DNA of 64,000 nucleotides from an uncultured Enterobacteriaceae bacterium. Lineage in GTDB: Bacteria > Pseudomonadota > Gammaproteobacteria > UBA6186 > Azoamicaceae. The notes under the pieces were generated by a model, which worked only from the letters and a program-made list of their open reading frames with translations, did not search any database and was not told the DNA's origin. Both the position numbers and the translations under genes were made by a program. Shown one piece after another: positions 31,864 to 40,450 of the stretch (positions within the stretch are counted from its first letter, which is position 1; each line of letters begins with the position of its first letter). The stretch covers positions 166,451-230,450 of the forward strand of contig CAZCGL010000001.1 of NCBI GenBank assembly GCA_964498335.1, written 5' to 3'.

Positions 31864-33501
31864 ATGAGTGTTAAAGATATAAAATATGGTGAACTAGCTC
31901 GTCAAAAATTATTAGAAGGAGTTGTAACTCTTGCTAATGTTGTTCAAAAAACTTTAGGTCCTTGCGGTAGAAATGTTATTATAGAAAAATCTTTTGGTTC
32001 TCCAACTGTTACAAAGGATGGTGTTACTGTAGCAAAAGAAATTGAATTAGAAGATAAATTTGCTAATATGGGAGCTCAGATGGTAAAGGAAGTTGCTTCA
32101 CAGACCTCTGATATAGCTGGAGATGGTACGACTACAGCTACAGTTTTAGCAAAAAGTATAGCTATAGAAGGTAATAAATGTGTTGCAGCAGGAATGAACC
32201 CTATGGATCTGAAAAGAGGTATAGATAAGGCTATATCAGTTTGTGTTAAAGAATTAAAAAAAATGTCAATACCATGTTTGACAGATAAAGATATTATGCA
32301 AGTTGGAGCTATTTCTGCTAATTCTGATTTAGAAATAGGTGAAATAATATCTAAGGCTATGTCTAAAGTTGGTAAAGAAGGTGTTATAACAGTTGAAGAA
32401 GGTAATAGTTTAGAAAATGAGTTACATGTTGTAGATGGTATGCAATTTGATAAAGGATATATTTCTCCTCATTTTGTTAATAATCAACGTAATATGAGTT
32501 GTGAATTAGATAATCCATATATTTTAATAGTTGATAAAAAAATAACAAGTATAAGAGATATGGTTCCTATTTTAGAAAGCATAGCTAAAACAGGTAAATC
32601 ATTGTTTATTATTATGGAAGATGTAGAAGGTGAAGCTTTAGCAACATTAGTTGTTAACAATATTCGCGGCATTGTTAAATCATGTGCTGTTAAAGCACCT
32701 GGTTTCGGCGATAGACGTAAAGCTATTTTAGAAGATATAGCTATATTAACTAATACTACAGTAATATCTGATGAATTAGGAGTATCATTAGAATCTGTAA
32801 AATTAGAAGATTTAGGTATGGCTAAAAGAATAGTTATAACCAAAGATAATACTACTATTATTGATGGGTCAGGTAAAGTTAGTTCAATAAGAGATCGTAT
32901 CAAACAAATAGAAAAACAACGTGATGATGCTAATAGTGATTATGATAAAGAAAAATTACAGGAAAGAGCTGCAAAATTATCTGGTGGAGTAGCTGTTATA
33001 AAAGTTGGTGCTTATACTGAAGTAGAAATGAAAGAAAAAAAGGCTAGAGTTGAAGATGCTTTACATGCTACTAGAGCTGCCGTTGAAGAAGGTATGTTAC
33101 CAGGAGGTGGCGTTGCTTATGTTAGAGTTATGAATAAACTTAATGATATAAAATGTGATAATGAAGATCAGTTACATGGAGTAAAAATAGTATTAAAAGC
33201 TTTAGAGTCACCTTTGCGTCAAATTGCTTCAAATGCTGGTTTTGAGCCGGCTGTTGTGTTAGAAAATGTTAAACAAGGTACTGGTAATTATGGATTTAAT
33301 GCAGCTTTAGAAAAGTATGGCGATATGGTTGAATTTGGGATTTTAGATCCTACTAAAGTATCTAAATGTGCTTTAGAGCATGCTGGTTCTATAGCTGGAT
33401 TGATGATAACTACGGAATGTGCTATAGCTGAAGCGCCAAAATCAGATAAAGATTCTAATTCATCTCATAATGATGGCATGAATTCTATGAATATGATGTA
33501 A
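31864..33501 (+). CDS. groEL: Chaperonin GroEL
   Basis: [37 protein letters not shown]. Start at ATG 31864 after GAGGT. Confidence 0.98.
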   Translation: MSVKDIKYGELARQKLLEGVVTLANVVQKTLGPCGRNVIIEKSFGSPTVTKDGVTVAKEIELEDKFANMGAQMVKEVASQTSDIAGDGTTTATVLAKSIAIEGNKCVAAGMNPMDLKRGIDKAISVCVKELKKMSIPCLTDKDIMQVGAISANSDLEIGEIISKAMSKVGKEGVITVEEGNSLENELHVVDGMQFDKGYISPHFVNNQRNMSCELDNPYILIVDKKITSIRDMVPILESIAKTGKSLFIIMEDVEGEALATLVVNNIRGIVKSCAVKAPGFGDRRKAILEDIAILTNTTVISDELGVSLESVKLEDLGMAKRIVITKDNTTIIDGSGKVSSIRDRIKQIEKQRDDANSDYDKEKLQERAAKLSGGVAVIKVGAYTEVEMKEKKARVEDALHATRAAVEEGMLPGGGVAYVRVMNKLNDIKCDNEDQLHGVKIVLKALESPLRQIASNAGFEPAVVLENVKQGTGNYGFNAALEKYGDMVEFGILDPTKVSKCALEHAGSIAGLMITTECAIAEAPKSDKDSNSSHNDGMNSMNMM

Positions 33502-33508
33502 AATAAAT

Positions 33509-33540
33509 AAAGCTGAAATTTATTAATTTCAGCTTTTTTA
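33509..33540. terminator. Bidirectional intrinsic terminator between convergent groEL and dnaX
   Basis: AAAGCTGAAATT-tatt-AATTTCAGCTTT perfect 12-bp inverted repeat with A/T tails. Confidence 0.8.
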
Positions 33541-33547
33541 AGTTAGG

Positions 33548-34609
33548 TTATATTAATAAAGTTATTAAAAATGTTTCAAAATCTGTATCATATATTATAT
33601 TGTTATCTAATGTTATATTTATTAATTTATTGTAAACCATTATTATATCATCTTTTTTTATTTTTTTTGATAAAAAAATAAATATCTTATATCGGCATAA
33701 ATTTTCATCGTAAATTATTCCTGTTTTATATAATAATAGCTTATAAAGCATTATTTGTATTTGTATTAAAATATTTTTGTAATTTATTTCTAGTTCTGAT
33801 ATTTTTTTTATATTACTTATAATATTTTTAATATCTTTTTCATATATACTTTTTATGATAAATAAAATGTTTAAATCTGGTAAAATTCCTAATAAAATTC
33901 TTGTGTAGTTTTTATTTATAATTCTTTCTTTTGAAATTAATTTTTCAATTATATTAATAGCTGTTCTTAAACTTCCATATGAAAATATAGTTATATAATC
34001 TAGAGATATTTCATCAAAAAAAATCTTTTCTTCTTTTAATATTTTTTTTAAAGTTATTTTAATATTTTTTTTATCTAGTTTATTTAATTGTAAATTAATG
34101 CATCTAGATATTACGGTTTTAGGTAATTTTTCTATGTGCGTTGTTACTAATATATATATTGTATTTATATATGGTTCTTCTAGTATTTTTAATAAATAAT
34201 TAAAGCTGCTTTGTGATAGCATATGACATTCATCTAATATAAAAGTTCTAAATCTATTCCTAGAATTTTTATATTGTGCTATTTCTGTTATATTTTTTAT
34301 TTCTTCTATTTTTGTTTTTGAAGCGCAATCTATTTCTATTGAATCTATGTTAGTGTTGTTTTCTATGGACTTACAAATATGGCATATTTTACATGGGTTA
34401 ATAGTTATTTTTGTTTCACAATTTATGCATTTAATAATTATTCTAGCTAAGCTTGTTTTTCCTGTACCTTGTGGGCCATGAATTAAATATGCTGGATGTA
34501 TATTTTTATTTTTTATAATATTTTTTATAGAAAAAATGGCTTGATCTTGACCTATTAAAGTATCTAAATCTTGTGGTCTCCATTTATTTGATAAAGTTAT
34601 ATATGTCAT
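33548..34609 (-). CDS. dnaX: DNA polymerase III subunit gamma/tau (gamma-length, 353 aa)
   Basis: KWRPQ....LIGQ, GPQGTGKTS.AR, Zn Cys cluster, DECHMLS..SFN.LLK.LEEP, SRC. Confidence 0.95.
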   Translation of the reverse strand: MTYITLSNKWRPQDLDTLIGQDQAIFSIKNIIKNKNIHPAYLIHGPQGTGKTSLARIIIKCINCETKITINPCKICHICKSIENNTNIDSIEIDCASKTKIEEIKNITEIAQYKNSRNRFRTFILDECHMLSQSSFNYLLKILEEPYINTIYILVTTHIEKLPKTVISRCINLQLNKLDKKNIKITLKKILKEEKIFFDEISLDYITIFSYGSLRTAINIIEKLISKERIINKNYTRILLGILPDLNILFIIKSIYEKDIKNIISNIKKISELEINYKNILIQIQIMLYKLLLYKTGIIYDENLCRYKIFIFLSKKIKKDDIIMVYNKLINITLDNNIIYDTDFETFLITLLI

Positions 34610-34610
34610 G

Positions 34611-34722
34611 GTAGTAATTTGCTAACCAGGTAATATCATTAATTTATTTATACCGATGCTACTTTCCAGTCCTGTCGGAGTTCTAAATTTTTAAAAGTAT
34701 TATTGATATAGCAAACTACTAC
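34611..34722 (-). ncRNA. ffs: SRP RNA (4.5S)
   Basis: Minus strand reads CCGA-CAGG-ACU-GGAA-AGU-AGCA-UCGG (domain IV symmetric loop and GGAA tetraloop). Terminal helix GUAGUAGUUUGCUA/UAGCAAAUUACUAC. ffs upstream of dnaX is a common arrangement. Confidence 0.9.
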
Positions 34723-35428
34723 TTTCTTGTATTTTAACATTTTTTTTAATTTTATTTAATATTTTTTTTGATATATTATCTAATAGTAATTCATTATATG
34801 ACTTTAATATCATGTATATTGTATAATAGTCTTCTATATATTTTATTTTAAAAGTTATATCTTTGTAATCTAATCTATTGATTACTGCTATATATGCTTT
34901 TTTTTTAATATAGTAATTACAAATGTTTATTTTATATTGGTTTAGATTATTTTTAATTATTTTAATATTATTTTTAATTTTTTTTGAATATTTTTTATAA
35001 GTTTTTATTTTTTTTAAAGCTAATAATGCTTTATATTCATATGTTTTATCTTGTTTATTATTATTAATTTTTAGTATTTTTTTTAAATAACTATTATTAG
35101 CGTTATAATATATAATTGATTTTAAATATAATATTTTATTATAGTAATTGCTTTGATTAATTAGTTTATTTAGATCTTTAATTGTATATTCTGCGTTCAG
35201 TTTTTCATTTTTCTTATATTCTATTAAAGTTTTTAGTATTTTTGCTTTTATTACGTATTTATTATTATTTTCATTTTCTAAAATTATGTTTTTTAATATG
35301 AATTCTGATTTTGAATATTCTTGTTTTTGAAAAAGGTTTTTAGCTATAAAAAAATCTGTATTATTTTTGTAATTTTTAGCGTTTATGTTTGTAAAAAACA
35401 ATGTTATTATTATTATTATTTTTATCAT
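34700..35428 (-). CDS. bamD: Outer membrane protein assembly factor BamD, eroded
   Basis: TPR-like helices. ICNYYIKKKAYIAVINR matches the BamD Y..RGA.VAVVNR motif. Length 242 aa. Confidence 0.7.
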   Translation of the reverse strand: MIKIIIIITLFFTNINAKNYKNNTDFFIAKNLFQKQEYSKSEFILKNIILENENNNKYVIKAKILKTLIEYKKNEKLNAEYTIKDLNKLINQSNYYNKILYLKSIIYYNANNSYLKKILKINNNKQDKTYEYKALLALKKIKTYKKYSKKIKNNIKIIKNNLNQYKINICNYYIKKKAYIAVINRLDYKDITFKIKYIEDYYTIYMILKSYNELLLDNISKKILNKIKKNVKIQESSSLLYQ

Positions 35429-35433
35429 ATATT

Positions 35434-36675
35434 TTATTTAAATATAATTTTTGTTGATATGCTTTTTATTTTTAATTCATTTATAATTAAACTTGTTATA
35501 TATTTTTTTTGGTTTTCTGATATAAAAATATCATTGTATTTTTCTATCTTAAATATAAGTGGAATATATTTTTCTATTTTTATGTATTTTATTTTATAAT
35601 GTGTTAACTTTTTAATTATTTCAAATAGTTTTTCTTTAGTAATTTGTATTTTTTGAAAATTTTTTATTTTTAATATTAATTTAATTAAGTATTCTATTCC
35701 AAAATTATATTTTGCTGAAATAAATACGTATTCAATTTGTTTTTTTATATAATTTTTTATATTTGTATTTATTTTTTTTAATTGTATTTTATTTTTAGTA
35801 TCAGATTTATTAATAGCTAAAATAAAATTTTTTTTCTGTTTTTGTATATATTGTATTATTTCTAAGTCTTGAGAAGTTATTTCGTTTTCAATTAGTAATA
35901 TTATTAAATCGCTTATTTTTATAGCATGCAATGCATTTTTTATTAATATTTTATCTATGTTTGATTTTATATTTATTTTTTTTTTAATTCCAGGTGTATC
36001 TATTATTTTATATAAACTACCGTTTATCTCTAAGTTAGATTTTAAAATGTCGCGTGTTGTTCCTGGAGTGTTATCGACTATAGAAGTGTTAATTTTAAGC
36101 ATTTTGTTTATTAGTGAGGATTTTCCAACATTTGGTTTACCCACTATAGAAATACTTAGATAATTATTTATTTTTATATCTTCTATTTTTTTAATGTTTT
36201 GATTAATTGATTCAAATAGTGTGTTTAAGCCTATATTTTTTTTAATAGATATATTTATTGAATTATTTATTTTTATAATATTTTTAATTTTATTTATTTC
36301 TTCACTGTTTTTTAAATCTATTTTATTGATAACATATAATGTATTTTTTTTTAATCTTTTTATTGCATTTATTATATTAATATTGGTTTCTAAATATTTA
36401 TCATTAGCATCTATCATTAATATTATAGTATTTGCTAATTTTATTTTATCCCATGTATTTTTTATTGTTTTATAATCTAAGTTATTTTTTTCATATCCTA
36501 TACCAGCTGTATCTGTTAGTTCAAAAATTTTAGATTTAATTTTTGTAATAGATGATACGCAATCGCGTGTATAACCTGGATAATTTATTGTTGTGGATTC
36601 TTTTTTTTTTATTATTATGTTGAAAAGAGATGATTTTCCTACGTTTTTTTTTCCAACAATTATTATTTTTTCCAT
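35434..36675 (-). CDS. der: Ribosome biogenesis GTPase Der
   Basis: Two G domains: GKKNVGKSS/PG.TRD/DTAG/NKID and GKPNVGKSS/PGTTRD/DTPG/NKSD. Confidence 0.95.
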   Translation of the reverse strand: MEKIIIVGKKNVGKSSLFNIIIKKKESTTINYPGYTRDCVSSITKIKSKIFELTDTAGIGYEKNNLDYKTIKNTWDKIKLANTIILMIDANDKYLETNINIINAIKRLKKNTLYVINKIDLKNSEEINKIKNIIKINNSINISIKKNIGLNTLFESINQNIKKIEDIKINNYLSISIVGKPNVGKSSLINKMLKINTSIVDNTPGTTRDILKSNLEINGSLYKIIDTPGIKKKINIKSNIDKILIKNALHAIKISDLIILLIENEITSQDLEIIQYIQKQKKNFILAINKSDTKNKIQLKKINTNIKNYIKKQIEYVFISAKYNFGIEYLIKLILKIKNFQKIQITKEKLFEIIKKLTHYKIKYIKIEKYIPLIFKIEKYNDIFISENQKKYITSLIINELKIKSISTKIIFK

Positions 36676-36682
36676 TTTTTTT

Positions 36683-37570
36683 TTAAATATAATTTATATT
36701 TTTAGTACCAATTTTAAAACTATATATTATTAATCCTGTTTTTATGTTTAATATATGTAAATTTTCGTTCTGTTCTTTTATTAAAATGCTGTCTTTTATA
36801 TTTATTAAATTTATTTTTTTTCCATGTAAACTTCTATTTGTTAATAATTTTTTTCCATTTTTTTTGTTTAAAAGTGTTATGTTTCCATTTTTTTTTATTA
36901 TTATTATTTTATTTTTTTTTATTAGAAAATTTTTATAATTATTTTTTGTTTTTTGCCATAATTTATTTCCTGTTAAACCATCTAATTTTATAAAAGACCC
37001 GTCTGTATAACAAATATATATAAAGTTTTTGTCAAGCATTGACGTTTTTATAGTTTTTATTTCGTTTATTATATTTTTATTGTTTATTTTAATACTTTTG
37101 TTAATTAATATTTCGCCTGTATTTTTGTTTAAAATAATTAATTTTAAATTTGGTATTATTTGATATATTTTATTACATGATATTAATAAATTAGATTTAG
37201 CGTTGTTTGAAAAATCTGTAACATTTGTTATAGTTTGCCATTTAACTTTATTATTTTTATTTTTAATTGAAATTATTTTATTATCATTTACATTTATAAA
37301 AAATTCTTTATTTGTTATTTTTATGTTTGAAGTTATTTTTCCATTTATATTTTTTTCTAAAAAGTTTTTATGTGTTTTTTTATTTAATAATAATGTTGTG
37401 TTTTTATTAAAATTGCTATGCAATTTTATGTTTAAACTTATATAATTTTTTGTTACATGTGTTTTAATTTTAATATTAGAGTTGAAATTTTTAAAGTTAC
37501 TAATGTGAATATATAATATTAAAAATATTATTAAAATTATTTTAGGCATATATAGTTTTAATTTTGTCAT
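36683..37570 (-). CDS. bamB: BamB-like beta-propeller (PQQ repeats), eroded
   Basis: Repeated L(N/D)xxTG(E/N/K)xxW-type blades. Canonical yfgM-bamB-der position. Confidence 0.7.
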   Translation of the reverse strand: MTKLKLYMPKIILIIFLILYIHISNFKNFNSNIKIKTHVTKNYISLNIKLHSNFNKNTTLLLNKKTHKNFLEKNINGKITSNIKITNKEFFINVNDNKIISIKNKNNKVKWQTITNVTDFSNNAKSNLLISCNKIYQIIPNLKLIILNKNTGEILINKSIKINNKNIINEIKTIKTSMLDKNFIYICYTDGSFIKLDGLTGNKLWQKTKNNYKNFLIKKNKIIIIKKNGNITLLNKKNGKKLLTNRSLHGKKINLINIKDSILIKEQNENLHILNIKTGLIIYSFKIGTKNINYI

Positions 37571-37573
37571 CTT

Positions 37574-37903
37574 TTATTTTTTTAAAATATTTATTTTGTT
37601 TTTTATATTTATTTTTTTTAATTCTTTTTTAATTTGTATAAATTTGTTATCTATATTGTCTTTTTTAATATCGTAATAATCAAAGAGTAATTTATCTATA
37701 TTTTGATTAAAAAGTTTATTTTTTTTGATCTTGTATTTTAGTGTTGCTTTATCATTAGTTTTTATAGATAAATTTATTACTATAAAATCAAATGAATTTA
37801 TTGCATTTGTTATAGTTCTTGCATGTTCTTTGTATAAAATAAATAATATTAAAATAGTTATTATTAAAAAAAAATTTTTTAAAATATTTTTAATTTTTTT
37901 CAT
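37574..37903 (-). CDS. Small N-terminally anchored membrane protein, probable YfgM remnant
   Basis: Single N-terminal TM segment (IKNILKNFFLIITILILFILY). Occupies the yfgM slot directly before bamB. Confidence 0.45.
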   Translation of the reverse strand: MKKIKNILKNFFLIITILILFILYKEHARTITNAINSFDFIVINLSIKTNDKATLKYKIKKNKLFNQNIDKLLFDYYDIKKDNIDNKFIQIKKELKKINIKNKINILKK

Positions 37904-38948
37904 TTATCTTTCCAGATAATTGTCCGCATGCTGCACTTATATTGCTTCCTCTTTTTTTTCTTATAGTTGTAATTACTCCTTTTGTTTTTAATTTGTTTTG
38001 AAACTTTATTATATTTTCTAATTTCGGAGATGTGAATGCAGAGTTTGGTATATTGTTAAATGGAATTAAGCAAATTTTACATTTTAGATTTTTTGCTATT
38101 TTTATTAGGTTTTTAATATCGATTTCGGAATCATTTATGTTTTCTATGAGAATATATTCTATTGTTAAAATGTTATTTTTATTTAATGAATATTTCTTAC
38201 ATTCTTTTAATATTGAATTTAAAGAATATTTTTTGTTAATTGGCATTATTTGTGATCGTATTTTATTTTGTGTAGAATGTAGAGAGATTGCTAACGGTAT
38301 ATTTAGATCAGATATAATTTTTATTTTATTAGTTATTCCACTTGTGCTTATTGTTATTTTTTTTTTATTTATGTTTAAAGTGATTTTATTACTAATTATA
38401 GATATAAAAGCCAAAACATTTTCTATATTTAAAAGTGGTTCACCCATACCCATTAAAACTATATTTGTTATTTTTTTTTCTTTAAAAAAGATATTTATTT
38501 TTTCTTTAGCTAATATTATTTGATTTACTATTTCATATGGTTTTAGATTTCCATAAAAACCATTTTTGCCTGTATTACAAAAAGAACAATTTAAAGCGCA
38601 TCCGTTTTGTGATGACACACATATTGTAAAATGATTTTTGCTATTTGGTATAGCAATAGTTTCTATTAAATGTTTTTCTGTTTTTATGATTAGTTTTATT
38701 GTATTATCTATGTCTAAGTATTCTTTTACTATTTTTAGTTTTTTTATTTCTGATATTTTATTTAATTTAGTTATAAATGTTTTTTTTATATTTTTTATTT
38801 TATATAAGTCATTATTTTCTTGTCTATATAAAAAACTAATTAATTGATCAGAAATAAATTTTTTTTCTTTAAATATTTTTGTTAAATTTATTAGTGATGT
38901 GTTTGTAAAATTTAATAAATTAATTTTCCAATATTTATTGGTATTCAT
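37890..38948 (-). CDS. rlmN: 23S rRNA A2503 / tRNA A37 C2-methyltransferase
   Basis: CVSSQNGCALNCSFC.TG, NIVLMGMGEPL.N, ISTSG, LAISLH, AACGQL. Confidence 0.96.
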   Translation of the reverse strand: MNTNKYWKINLLNFTNTSLINLTKIFKEKKFISDQLISFLYRQENNDLYKIKNIKKTFITKLNKISEIKKLKIVKEYLDIDNTIKLIIKTEKHLIETIAIPNSKNHFTICVSSQNGCALNCSFCNTGKNGFYGNLKPYEIVNQIILAKEKINIFFKEKKITNIVLMGMGEPLLNIENVLAFISIISNKITLNINKKKITISTSGITNKIKIISDLNIPLAISLHSTQNKIRSQIMPINKKYSLNSILKECKKYSLNKNNILTIEYILIENINDSEIDIKNLIKIAKNLKCKICLIPFNNIPNSAFTSPKLENIIKFQNKLKTKGVITTIRKKRGSNISAACGQLSGKINEKN

Positions 38949-39357
38949 ACTTTTTTATTAAGTTTAATATTATTTTAATCTCTTTGTTTGCTGAATCTTT
39001 TGAATCTGATGCATGTACTGCATTTTCTGTTAAATTTGTGGCAAAATTAGCTCTTATTGTATTTTTTTCTGCATGTTTAAAATTAGTATTTCCAATAAGT
39101 GTTCTTACGTTATTTATTATATTTTTACCACATAATATTATTGCTACTATTTTATCAGACGTTATGAATTCTATTAGTTCATTAAAAAAAGCTTTTTCAA
39201 TATGATCTTTATAAAAGATTTCTGCATCATCTTTTTTAAATTTTAAAGTGAAAATATTTTCTATTAGTAGGTTATTTTCTTCTAATATTGATATTATTTT
39301 TCCTATTAATTTTTTTTTTGTTATATCTGGTTTAATTATTAAAAGTGTTTTTTCCAT
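38935..39357 (-). CDS. ndk: Nucleoside diphosphate kinase
   Basis: EKTLLIIKPD, FY..H....FF, TIRA.F, NAVHASDS (catalytic His). Confidence 0.96.
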   Translation of the reverse strand: MEKTLLIIKPDITKKKLIGKIISILEENNLLIENIFTLKFKKDDAEIFYKDHIEKAFFNELIEFITSDKIVAIILCGKNIINNVRTLIGNTNFKHAEKNTIRANFATNLTENAVHASDSKDSANKEIKIILNLIKKYEYQ

Positions 39358-39375
39358 TTTTTTTCCTATTTTAAA

Positions 39376-39620
39376 TATAAGTAAATAAATAAGCTGGATT
39401 TTGTAAATTAAATTTATCTAAAATATATATTATATATAATTTTAAGCTATTTACCTGAGTTTTTACTCTTTTTAATTTTGCTCCAAATAAGGTTTTTATT
39501 AAAATATAAATTTTATCATTTATATAATTTCTTTTTAACTTTCTATAAGTTTTCACTTTTCAGTTTTTAACTGATATTTTTAAGGAGTCCAGACTTTCCT
39601 TTTTTTTACTTTTTTTTATA
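39376..39620 (-). ncRNA. rnpB: RNase P RNA, extremely reduced (ends approximate)
   Basis: Minus strand: CR-I AGGAAAGUCUGGACUCC (39600-39584) and CR-V ACAAAAUCCAGCUUAU (39404-39389) form P4 with the bulged U. Also P5 CUCC/GGAG, P7, P8, P9 (GAAA loop), AGAAAGU..AAAGAAA, P12, GGAGCAA, L15 GGUA, P16, P18 and AGAUAAAU, all in canonical order. Confidence 0.9.
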
Positions 39621-40450
39621 AAAATTATTATAATAGCTGAGATAAAAATTGATGAATATGTTCCTATTATTATACCTAAAGTTAAAATTAATGAAAATAA
39701 AAACAATGACTCACTTGAAAAAAAAATAAGAGTCAATGTTACAAGAATTGTAGAAAAAGATGTTCCAATGGTTCTTGATAATGTTTTATTAATTGAGTTA
39801 TTTATAATAGTTTCTAAGCTTAAATCTTTATTGTATTTTATATTTTCTCTTATTCTGTCAAATATAATTATTGTATCATTTATTGAATATCCGAATATTG
39901 TGAATATAGCTGATATTATTATTAAATTTAACTCTATATTCATTAATGATATTATACCTAGTATTATAATAATGTCGTGAAATAAAGCAAATATTGCACT
40001 TAGCCCAAAAATTATATTAAATCGTAGAATTAAATATAAAGTCATAGATAAGATAGCAAGTATTATAGCAGAAAAGCTTTTATTAATTGTTTCTTTATTT
40101 ATTTCTGATCCTATATAAGTTGAATTTATTATTTTAAAATTGTCTTTACCTATTGTTAAATTTAGTATATTTTTGATGTCATCTATGTTATTTTTTGAAT
40201 TTTTAATTTTTATTTGAATGTTTTGATTTGAACCATAGTAATTTAATTTTATGTTTTTTATTTTTAGTAAATATTTTTTAACATCATCTAGTTTAAAATC
40301 GTTTGTTATTTCTATTTCTATTTCTGTACCTCCGCAAAATTCTAATCCTAATGATAAATTTTTTTTAGCTATTATTAATATAGATAGTAAGCATAAAACT
40401 ATTGATATTGCTAAATAAATATATTTTTTTTCTACAAAGTTTATTTTCAT
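39560..40450 (-). CDS. secF: Protein translocase subunit SecF
   Basis: LGLEF.GG, IGSEI, HD, GYSINDTIIIFDRIREN, TLSRT..TS, GTYSSIFI. Confidence 0.96.
   Translation of the reverse strand: MKINFVEKKYIYLAISIVLCLLSILIIAKKNLSLGLEFCGGTEIEIEITNDFKLDDVKKYLLKIKNIKLNYYGSNQNIQIKIKNSKNNIDDIKNILNLTIGKDNFKIINSTYIGSEINKETINKSFSAIILAILSMTLYLILRFNIIFGLSAIFALFHDIIIILGIISLMNIELNLIIISAIFTIFGYSINDTIIIFDRIRENIKYNKDLSLETIINNSINKTLSRTIGTSFSTILVTLTLIFFSSESLFLFSLILTLGIIIGTYSSIFISAIIIIFIKKSKKKESLDSLKISVKN

Noticed and set aside
39371-39556. 61-aa minus-strand ORF between secF and ndk (faint by-eye likeness to IscX or TusE)
   Set aside because: It lies almost entirely within the RNase P RNA, whose conserved regions and helices explain the sequence far better.
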